Shown here one piece after another: positions 18,521 to 30,500 of a stretch of DNA of 64,000 nucleotides (position 1 is the stretch's first letter; the number at the start of each line of letters is the position of its first letter). The position numbers were made by a program, and so were the translations under genes. The notes under the pieces were generated by a model. It ran no database searches, was not told the DNA's origin, and worked only from the letters and a program-made list of their open reading frames with translations. Source of the stretch: Malacoraja senta (lineage: Eukaryota); the NCBI GenBank assembly GCA_038087875.1, contig CM075991.1:6262001-6326000 (forward strand), written 5' to 3'.

Positions 18521-21500
18521 CCAGCCCCCCCCCCCCCACATTCCCCCCCATCCCCCCATCCCCCCCACATCCCCCCCATCCCCCATCCCTGGTTGCCCCA
18601 TATCCTTAACCCTCCCCCATTCCCTTTACCCCCATATTCCATTTTCTCCCACTCCATTCCCGTTTCTCGCCCCAATTACCATTTCTCCCTCCACCCCCCA
18701 ATTGCCTTGTCAACACCCCCGTTCCTTGCCCTCCCATCCCCTGATGTCCCCTCATTCTCTGGTTGCCCCTTTCCCTTTTTTCACCCCCCCCCCTGCCCGT
18801 TCCTATGTCCCCCATTCACTGTCTTTCCCCCTCCTCCGATTCCCTGGTGTTCTCCCCCCCACCCCTCCTCATTCTCTGGTTGCCCCCATTTCCTTGTCCA
18901 CCCACTTACCTGGTATTCTCTGCTCCCATTATCTGGTTGCCCTCCCTGTTCCCTGATTTCCCCCTCCCCGTTCTCTCATCCCTCTCCCCATTCCCTCACC
19001 AGTTTTTCAGATTGTTGGAAGGCAGAATGATGTCATGGTAAATGTGCTGCCAACCCCTTTCAAATACAAGTCAAGCTGTCGCCAGCTGCTCCCCACAGAT
19101 GATCTGTTTGTTGCAAACCTTGATCTAGTTAAAGGTTAAATATTTACTACACAGGAAACCTGTGCAGATTCAGTACAAGCACAGTTTTTCCACATGGCCC
19201 AGTGCCTTGGTACCCATGTGTAGGAAGGAACTGCAGATGATAGTTTACCCTGAAGATAGACAAAATGCTTGAGTAATTCAGCAGGACAGGTAGCATCTCT
19301 GGAGAGAAGAAATGGGCGAAGTTTATGGTCGAGACCCTTCTTCAGACTGAGACTCAGGGGAGAGGGAAACTGGAGATATGGAAGAGTAGAAAAAGAGTAT
19401 AAGGTGTACCCATGATCCTTTCCCTATATTTCTAGCCAACATCTTGTGCAGTAACTATTTAAGGCCTGAATTGGATCAGGGTTTGCAACAAACATTCACA
19501 TTTGCCCACACTGTGATTTTATGCACATTTTCTTCACCTGCCACCATCAGGTTTCAGAATACCATTGCATGTACTGGAGCTGTATGGAGAAGGGAGGGTG
19601 AGATTCAACGACTAGGCTTCTGAGATGAAATAAAACCCCTTCTCCCCTGTCTTGCACTGTCGTAGCCCATCACGAGAATGCCCCAGGTCTTTTGATAAAC
19701 ATAATGGGCTTAGTAAAAGAGAGTACACCTCCTCTATTCTCTGCCATGACAAACCCTGTGAACTATAGTTGGATGTTCTGATTACTTCAGCCAGTTGTAA
19801 ACTAGCATGTAATTGTAATACAATTCCAAGAAGTTACTTTTTGATTTCATTAATTTTTAAGGTTGTAGATGTTGCTGGCAAAGGCCATGGCAAATTGTTC
19901 GTCCCAATTGCCCTTGAAAAGATAGAGGGGGGAAGACACTTCCTGAATTATTGCAGTCTTTCTGGAGAAGGTTCTCTGCAACGCTGTATGGGAGAGAGTT
20001 CCAGGATATCACTTCAATTAATGATAACTTAATGGTAATGCATTTGCAATTCAGGACGCTGCACATCGAGGAGGGCAAGATATGTGTGGTGGTACTCCAA
20101 AATGTCTGCTGCCCCTGGTGCTGCATTGTGGTAGAAGCCATGGGTTGAGGAGATGCTAAGTGCATTTCTGCAGTTCATTTTGCGGATGACATGCTCATGC
20201 AGTTCATGACTGTTCAGGCAGTGGTTGGGTGCCAATGGTGTTGTTTCTTGCGTGTTGTGAGGCTGCTCTCATCCAGACAAGTACAGAGTATTCCATCTCC
20301 CTCTGCGTCGTAAGTGTTGAAAAGGCTTTGTGGAGTGGAGTCGTTTGCTGCAGGATGCCTAATCTCAGAGTTGTAGGTGGCTGCCCTAATGGACTAATTG
20401 ATCAATGGTGACCCCAAGGATAATGATGGTGGGAGGAACTGTGATGATAACATCATTGCATATCAAGAGAAAGTGGTTAGACGCTCTCTTGGTCATTGGA
20501 TGACACTTATGTAGCAAGAATGTTACTTGATGCATCTGTTCATGCATAACTGTTATCTGGGTCTTACTGCATTTCGTAGGCATGGACATCTTCGTTTGCT
20601 GAAATACTGTAAATGGAAAAGAATGATGTGCAATCATCAGTGAATTGCCTATGTCTGACCTTATGATGGAAGAAAGTTAACTAATCAAGCAGCTGAAGAT
20701 GGTTAGAGTCGTAGTGTTACAACACGGAAACAGGTTCTTTGGCCCAACGCCCATGGCGACCAAGATGCCCCATCTACATTAGTCGCACCTGCCTGTTGTT
20801 GGCCCACATCCCTCTAAACCTTTCATATCCATGTACCTGTCCAAAACGCCTTTACATGTTGGTATTGTACCTGCCTCGACTACCTTCTCTGGCAGCCCGT
20901 TCCCTGTATCCACCATCTCTGTGTGAAAATATTGGTTCTCGGGTTCCTATTAAATCTTTCCCTGCTCACCTTAACCTATGTCCCCAAGTTCTTGATTCCC
21001 CTATTCTGGGTAAAAGACTGTGCATTTACCCTATCTATTCCTCTCATAATCTTACACATCTCTCTGTGATCACCACTCATTCTCCCGCACTCCAAGGAAT
21101 AAAGTCCTAGCCTGTCCAGCCTGTCCAACATCTCCCTATAGCTCAGTCCTTCAAGTCCTGGCAACAACTCGTATATCTTCTCTGCACTCTTTCCGGCTTA
21201 AACACCATGAAGAAAGATTATCCGGAGGAACACCTTGAATGACGGCCTGGGGCCGGGATGATTGAGACCTGGGATCCACTACCATCATCCTTGTGTGAGA
21301 TATGTCTTCCAAAATGAAGTGTGATTGCCTTGATGACCATTGACTTCATTTTATAAGGGCTTCTAAAAGCCAAGCTGGATGAGATGTTGTCTTGATATCA
21401 ATGGTGTTGACTCACCATTGGTGTTTGAAGATGGAAGGTTGGATTCCTGGGCATACATATGATGCTACAAACAAGTTTACCTCTTATTTACGTTAGGTGA

Positions 21501-24500
21501 CCTTTATCACCTATATTCCTTACTCCAATAAGTCGATTGTCAACTGTCTGATCTTGTTTAATTTAGGAACCAGAAGTGGGGACAATCACAAACGAAGTGA
21601 CAACGGAATCGGGGAGTTCGGACCATTCCTCCTTCTGTTGATAACACTCCAGAGGTGCTGAACAAGGCTCTGTCAGGACTGTCTTCAAGGTATAGTAGTA
21701 TTAGGGATGAAAAAGATTTGTTATCAAGTTCCTCGGGTTTGCTCTTGGCATAAGACGTAATTAGCAATCAATTCCTTTTGACCACGAAGAATAATGCTTG
21801 GAGTTTGGACAGACATGTTGAACTATGCCTAGCTTGCATGTCGGGGAAATTATTGGGATTAAGTGCAAGTAATACTGCTGAAGTCAACAGAAAGCAGTAT
21901 CAGGTGTAAAACCAATGATACACCATGTGTAGACACAAAATGCGAGAGTAACCCTTCTGAAGAAGGGGCTTGACCCAAAACGCCACCCATTCCTTCTCTC
22001 CAGAGACGCTGCCTGTCCCGCTGAGTTACTCCAGCATTTTTGTGTCTATCGTCACTTTAAACCAGCATCTGCAGCTCATTCCTTCACGATACACCATGGG
22101 TCTTCCACTTGCTAAATTAGGTAATAGAATGCTACCCCAATCAGGAATTTAAAGTGTTGAGCAAATGAATTGAATTTATGATTGGGATTTAATCCACAGT
22201 GTTGGAACTAAAGATGTTTTCCTTTGACAGATGGAAGAATTGGTGGGTGCGAGGAATTCTGACGCTGGCCATGATTACGTTCTTTTTTGTCATCATCTAT
22301 CTAGGACCCATGGTTTTGATGATGATCGTAAGTTGTATTTAATTTATCAATCGTGCTCTCTATGCATTTGGTCTGTGTGCTGTTTTATCTAGGGTCCTCA
22401 ATTAAAACTAATTTCCACATAAACATTCAAAGAACCAGCTGCAAGCTCTTGTGTTTCTGCAAGGGCAGAAAATTATTTTAATTCCATTTATCTTCCATCA
22501 TACTGACTGATACGGGGATTTGGCATCTTGAAGGTCATTTGCCATTCACTGCCATAGCCAAAGAAAGATTTAACTTCCATTTATAGTGCCCTTTCTCAAC
22601 TTTCCAACACCCAAAAAACATATTTGACTGCTTTCGAAATGTTTGGAAATGTGCCAGTCAATTTACGCGCTGCAAGTTCCTACAACACGCAGAGATAAAT
22701 TATCAATAATTTTTTGTTTAGTAGAAAAAAAAACAACACTACAGATGCTGGAAATCTAAAATAAAAGCAGAAAACACGAGAAATATTCTTCAGGTCAGGC
22801 AGTACTTCTGTGGAGGGCGAAACTGAGTTAATGCTTTATGTCAATGACCTTTCATTAAATGTGGAAAAAAATTCAGAATAATGATTTAAAATTTGCAGAC
22901 AAGAGATGGAGAGAATAAGGAGAATGTCAGAGATAGGAATGCGACCAAGAAAAGACGTGATACAGATAGATATTGAATAGGAGAAGGTATTGAAGGCTTG
23001 TTAAAGACATTACATGGAATCAGAATTAAAGGAGAGGAGGTGAGTAGGTAGCCTGTAGGGGGAAAACACACACTGGCTGTGTTTTAACCGCCTCACTCCC
23101 ATGGAAAAAATCCCCACTTTCCACTGTAGCCCAGGACTGGTGCGATGAGTCTATGACTATATAAATAAAGAGACCAGAAGAGAGAAAATAAAACTTCTCA
23201 GGCTGTAAAATACAGAGTACAGCAGTTCTATAAAGTGGAAGCAGAATGTACGGGGTCAGAAAATCCAGGAGGACAAATAGACAGTATGAGGAGAGAGCTG
23301 AGTTACTTCAGAGCTGGCCAGGGATTGAAGGCAAAAAGCTGTCGATGGTAACAGCTGAAACTAAAGGAGAAAGTGCTAGAGATTTCATTAGGCTGGGCCA
23401 CGTTCACATGGGAAGAGAAAAGAGCTATAACACACCAGACCAGCAAGAACACATCATAAGGGATCATTGACTAAACGTGATTGAGTTGATGATCTCTCCT
23501 CTCGCTAACCCTCTCCCTAGCCCAAACCCACCACAAAAGCAGGTGCTGTCACACCTGCCAAGCATTCCTATTGCTTACAACAGACCTGGCTGGTTCAGCC
23601 ACAAACTGGGGGAGCTGGTTTACTGAAATTGTCGAAATCGATGTTGAGCACTGCGGGCTGGAACATGCCAGACAGGGAGATGTTGCACCATGAGATTATG
23701 CTGGGATATTAAAGCAGTGTAAGAGGCCAAAGGTGGAGGCACAAGAAACTACAGATGCTGGAATCTTGAGCAAAGGAAAACGTGCAGGAGGAACATGCAC
23801 CAGGCAGCATCAGATAGGCGATGTTTTGGTTTGGGATCCTTGCTTAAGAAGAAGTCCCGACTGAAACGTAGCCTGTCCATTCCCTTCCCTGCTGCTGCCT
23901 GATCTGCTAAGTTCCTACAGCACTTTGTGTTTTGACAGTGACGTCGGGGTAGGAGTGTAATGGGGAATTGAAGTATTGGCAACTGGAAACACTGGGTCAC
24001 CTACATGGAGTGACAGAGGATTTTTACAAAGCAGTCATCTGATCTTCAGTGTAGAGGTCACCACATTGTGAGCAGCAAATGCAGTACACTAGAACTGCCT
24101 GGCAGTTTTGGAGGAATATGGGACAGACATGAGCAAATGTGACTTGCGTAGGTTGGCATCTTGGCCGGCTTAGATGAGTTGGTCTGAAGGGTTGGTTCCA
24201 TGCTGCGTGACTCTAACTCTATGGATTGCAAACGATCACTGTTTAACTGGAACTGCTTGTGTCCTTGGATGGTGGGAAGAGAGTAAAACAACAAGGGTTG
24301 CCTCTCCTGCAATTGCATGGGAAGGTGCTGTGAGAAGGGAATTGGTGTTGGTAGAGATGGAAGAGTGAACCATGGGCGATGGAGGAAAAGATCCTGTTAA
24401 ATACTGAAAGAGGAGGGGAGGAGAAGATTCTTCAGTTGGTGACATCTCATTTAAAATTGTAAAGGATCATCTGTTGAAAATGGAGGGATGGTGGTGTGGG

Positions 24501-27500
24501 GGGGAGGGGGGCAAAGGGAACCCTACCCTTGCACGGAATGACAGGGTGGACGGTCAGGACATTGGAACCCTACCTTTGCACGGGATGGGAGTTGGGAACA
24601 GAAGTGTGCAAATTGGAACATGTGGGACACGTCTATTCAGTCCACAAGTGTGGCCCAGAGATTTTAGTTGCTTGTCACTTTAATTCTCCATCCCACTTCC
24701 AGCCTGATCGCTGCCGTGTTCTGCATCTCACAGTTCCAGCACTTTTCATTTCTCCTCTGACCTCTGGTCCAGACATATTAGCTGCCTTTACCAAGCCTTC
24801 AGTATCTTCCCTTTGACACAAGCTTGTGTTATCTGGAAATAGACACAAAATGCAGGAGTAATACAGGCACAAATAGACACAAAATGTATGCTTTCTTGTC
24901 TGTTGCCAGTCCCGCTGAGTTAAACCACCATTTTGTGTCTATATTCGGTGTAAACCAGCATCTGCAGTTCCTTCCGACACACTGTGTTATCTGGTTTCTT
25001 TTGACCTTCATTTTACTGCAGATTTCACCTTGTTCTTTCCATTCTCCTCTTTGTTCTGCAAGTTTAATCATGCCTCTTTTGTAAACTTTCCCCAGTTATG
25101 AATAGACATTACCTACCTGCAACATCAACTGTATTTTTATTTCCTAAGATGCTGCCTGGTCTGAATTTCTCCAATATGTTCTGTTTAATGATCTGTTTTC
25201 AGTTACTGGTAGAATGCTAAATGTTGGCCAAGACAGTGTGGATAATTCTACCCTGCTACTGTGAACTAGAGCTTCGGGTTATTTTAGCAGCTGAGGGAAC
25301 AGGCAGATTCTTGGTTATATTTCTCATTTTGAAGGAATTTCAAATATAATGCGTAGGAAGGAACTGGTTTCCACCGAAGATAGACACAACATGCTGGAGT
25401 TATTCCTCTCAATATTCCTCCCAACTGTTTGGGCAGTTTACACCCCAGTGGTATGAACATTGACTTCTCAAATTTCAGGTAGTCCCTGCTTTCTCCTCCC
25501 CTTCCCAACTCTCCCTCAGCCCACTCTCCGCCTCTTCCTTTCATCTTCCCGCCCCCCACCCTCACATCAGTCTGAAGAAGGGTCTCGACCCGAAACGTCA
25601 CCTATAGATTCGCTCCCTCGTTTCCTTCACTCCATAGATGCTGCCTCACCCGCTGAGGTTATCCAGCATTTATTGTCTACCTCCCAATATAATGTTCCCT
25701 AAGTACTGAATGTCAACCGGGATACTTGTGCTCTTAGGTGTGAAAATGGATCTTAAATCTACAACAGCTTGTGGATGTAAGATTTGTAACAGACCCAAGA
25801 GCTCAGTCTGATGAAGGGTCCTGACCCAAAAAGTTACCCATCCATTTTCTCCATGAAATGCTGCCTGACCCGCTGAGTTACTCCAGCATTTTGTGTCTAT
25901 GGTATAAACCAGTATCTGCAGTTCCTTTCTACAGCTCAGTTGTACAAACAGTCCACGACTGCAATTTGGATCACTTCTGGGAGCAGCAGGGTTTTGACTT
26001 AAAAATGCTTTACAGTCTACCCTCATTATTACGGACCTCTTTATAATAGATTTCAGGTAGACGGAGGTCCCCATAGTAATCAGACACCACTGTCTCTTTA
26101 AGAACACAGGCCTGCTTGTTACACTGCAGGAGGTTATTGAAATTGACAAGCAATTGCTTTGATCAACACTTATGGAATGATATTATGTTAAACAATTGGC
26201 CTTTAGTATTTTTAGCTTGCAGCAACATAAGCACTTTTTTAGCTGTTAAATAGAACCAAAGATACTAGAGGATAACGATGACCTGAAGGGAGATGAAGTG
26301 AAAGTTTCAATGCAATTCCATGCATTGATAAAATGTTCAAACAATATTTAAAAATTCAATTTATATAAATGCTATTGGAGCATTAAATATCTCCAGGAAC
26401 AACAGTTGAAAATACCATGTGGAGAATTAAAGGTAGACAAAAATGCTGGAGAAACTCAGCGGGTGAGGCAACATCTATGGAGCAAAGTAATAGGTGACGT
26501 TTCGGGTCAAGACCCTTCTTCAGACTGTGAGAATTAAAAGTTAGTTAACTGGGTTCAGCATAGTGTGATTGCTAGACCAAAAGTTAATGATGTTCAAAAA
26601 ATATGCTTTGAGTAAAATTGTACGGCAGCTATTAAGCCATATATTTTTAGGCAGATCATGTTTTGCATCCATTTAATTAGAGACTTTAAATTTGCACAGG
26701 CACGTTTCTAAGCTAATGGCCCATCGTATATTACAGCCACACTTGGCTGTAAATTAGGCTTTAGTCCGGGATCCTGTGTGATTACAAGTGTGTATGTGTG
26801 TGTGTGTGTGTGCGCGCGTGCGTGCGTGTACGTGTGTGTGTGTGTCAAAAAGCACTTGTGTCATGCATGCTCGATACATTGTGTTCGAGGTGTAATATAT
26901 CTGGGACTAAATCGTTTTCGTCTTGAAAATGCCAACTTATCTGTATCTCCCAAACTATTATTATTGTATTTTTATAGAAGGGTGTTGACATTTACCAATG
27001 TGATATCTTAATGCAATCCTTTGTCGAATGCCGCAAATAGCACCTGCGATTAGGCCCAAATAGCACAAAGAAATTATTAATTCCTTATCTGTCTATTATT
27101 TCCTTAGGTTCTATGTGTACAGATCAAATGCTTTCACGAGATTATTCTCATTGGTTACAGCGTTTATCACTCCTACGATCTGCCATGGTTCCGGACTCTT
27201 AGCTGGTGAGCACGTGATAAAATTTGGCATAAAGGCACACTTGTGGAATGTTACTGTTAAATTAAGCCCTTAGTATCATGTGAAATTTAAAAAAAAGATA
27301 TTATTATTGCATGAGTAGTTTCACGTGAACAGCCAAAGGCTTAATTTTGTTTCTGATCAAGGTTTCTTCTGTTTTACCCAGACAATTCTGTTTCCATTTT
27401 CTCTGAGGAGTCTTGGTACAATTTGACTGGCACATGTGGAAAAAGTTGAAAATACCATGTGAGATTTAAAAGCCAATTATCTAGGTTTAGATATATGTCT

Positions 27501-30500
27501 CAGCCTAACTAAGCCTTTAACTAGATAGTAGTAAATTGCGAATTAATGAGTAGGGGATGGACATTACAGCGACTCAATTCTAACCACTTGCCTTGTGCAT
27601 ATATTGTAATGCGAGCAATTGAATACAGAAATGCTAAAGATGGTTCTTTCTTTACTGTTGTTTGATAATCTCAACCTCCCTGCACCTATGGCACATCTAC
27701 ACCCACTCCACCTTGCTCCCACAACCTCAACCCCTGGAAATGAGATCTTAGGTCTCCAGAAAACAGGATTTACATTAAGCATTCTAATCTCAGATAGACA
27801 CAAAGTGCTGGAGAAATTCAGCGAGTGAGGCAGCATCTCTGGTGAAAAAGGACGGGTGATGTTTCAGGTTGGAACCCTTCTTCAGACCTTTAAAAAAAAA
27901 TAAAAAATAAAAATCTTAAGAAGGAAACAATGTGGAGAACTGTGGAACTGGTAAAATGACGAAGGTGGAGGAAGAGGGGAGGGTAGGGGAGGTTAAGTAG
28001 AAGTTACTTAAAAATAAAGAATTCAATGTTCATACCTCTGGGTTGTAAGCTACCCACGCAAAATATGAGGTGCTGTTCCTCCAATTTGCGTGTGGCCTCA
28101 CTCTGGCAATGGAAGGGGCCCAGTACAGAAATGTCAGTATGAGATTGGGAAGGGGAGTTGAAATGGCAACCGTAAGATCCCGAGCGAGACGATTGCCGTT
28201 TCTACGTTTTGTCTTGCCGATGTACAGGAGCCCACATCAGATACACTGGTCTGAAGAAGGGTCCCGACCCGAAACGTCACCCATCCAGCACTCCAGGACT
28301 TTGTGTCTATTGCTTGCGCAGACCTCCTTGGACTCCTTCACCTGAACCCTCACCCTTCCCCCCCTCCCCACATCTCTGCAACATCTCCCAATTCCAAAGC
28401 TTATTAAATGTCTTAGCTCGTTGAATTCTGTGGAATTGCTTTCTTCAGAGGAATTGCTTTTTTCAGATATTCATTTCTCAATCTGTGCTGTCCCCATGCT
28501 TTCAGAAATTAAAACTTTGGAATTCTCTCTGAAACATGTTGGAGCATAAATCAAATGAAAATCTAAATCTTGCAAACGCTGGAGAATGAAATAAAAGCAG
28601 AAGATGGTGGAAATACTGAGCAGATCCAGTAGCATCTGTGGAAGGAGAAACAAAGTTAATAGAAACATAGAAAATAGGTCAAGGAGGAGGCCATTTGGCC
28701 CTTCGAGCCAGCACCGCCATTCATTGCGATCATGGCTGATCGTCCCCAATCAATAACCCGTGCCTGCCTTCTCCCCACATCCCTTGATTCCACTAACCCT
28801 TAGAGCTCTATCTAACTCTCTTAAATCCATTCAGTGATTTGGCCTCCACTGCCCTCTGTGGCAGGGAATTCCACAAATTCACAACACTCTGGGTGAAAAC
28901 GTTTTTCTCACCTCAGTCTTAAATGGCCTCCCCTTTATTCTAACTGTGGCCCCTGGTTCTGGATCAAATCAAAGATCCTTCATAAGAACTGGAAACACTT
29001 GATAAAATGATTCATTGATATCGACTTTCTCTTGGCATGGTATCAAATTTCTGTTTAATGTTACTTGTTTTAAATGCTTTGGTACATTTAATTACACTGG
29101 AGATACTCCATAAAATCAAAATATTGGTTGTTTTGGTGACCCAGTCTGAGCCACAGATGACACAAGCCCATCTAATTCCATTGTAAATTGTTATTAATAT
29201 TCATTGGTGTTTAATAATACATGAAAGCATCTATTAACATGCATTTCATTTCGAGCAATCGTCTAGACATTTATTATTAAATTAGTCACACGGAGACTCA
29301 AGACTGCAAATGTTGGAATAAGGAGCAAAAATGCAAACTGCTGTCGGAACTCAGCCGATCAGGCAGCATCTGTGAAGGCAAAGGAATGGTTGGTGTTTCA
29401 GGTTGAGGTTTTGCATCAGGACTGAATTTTTAAATTCATTGTACTGATTTTTGTACCATTTACACTCAATATTGTTTTAGGGTGTCATCAACAATAACAT
29501 GTATATTTTTCAGCACTTTTTAATATAGTACAACATTCTATATTATTCACAGAAGTGTAATAGAGTGAGATATAGCATGGAAAATCCCTTTAGCCCATCT
29601 AGTCGATGATGACTATCAAACACCCAGTTACATTAATCTATTTTATTTTATTCGATTCCAACCTATTTTAATCTTCCTACATTCACATCAACTCTCTCCT
29701 ATTTCTACCACTTACCTGCATGTAAGCAACTTTCTACAGCGGTCAATTAATCTATCAATTCACACATTGCTAACAAACAAACAAAATTTGGCACAAAGGA
29801 CAAAGGACATTTATTGTCACATACACCAATTGGTGCAGTGAAATTTGAGTTACCATGCAGCACACAAATAAGGTAAACACAACACCATAGAATTTAACAT
29901 TAAAAACAAAAAAACATAAAAAAAACATCCCCCACAGCGGAATCAACGTTTCCCACTGTGCGGGAAGGCAACAAAGTTCAGTCCTCTTCCTCTTCACCCA
30001 TGGTCGGGGCCTATTTGAGGCCTCCGCATTTGCCACAACGGCGGCCCGATATTTCAGGCCCTCTCGCCGGATGATGGTACTCTGGCATCGGAAGAACACT
30101 CTCAGCGGCTTGGAGTTCCGAATCGGCCGTTTCCTACCGGAGACCGCGGCTCCCGAAGTCCACAGGCCGAGCTGGGCGGAACTCCAACACTGGCGACCTC
30201 GGCGAAAGATCCCAGGGCTCCGCGATGTTAAAGTCAGCGCCGCCCATCGGCTGGAAGCTCCACAGACCACAGCTCCACGATGTTAGAGTCGGCAGACCCA
30301 GCATTCCGGAGCTTCCAACGTGGTGATCCTAGTAAGGCATCGCCCACTCCGCGATGATACTTCAGTGCTGCGCCGCTGCTGAACCTCTGGCGGTCTCCGG
30401 CAGGAAAGGCCGCGCCAATCGGGATGGAGGGGGCGAAGATGCGGCTCAGAAGAAAGACGCATCCTCAACCGGGTAGCGACTGTGAAAAACAGTTTCCACC

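Noticed and set aside
17689..19041. Long ORFs (328, 204, 163, 157, 145 aa) around the gap and CpG island
   Set aside because: They read through Ns or GC-rich low-complexity sequence. Only 18411-18467 (CDS2 exon 1) has splice and homology support.
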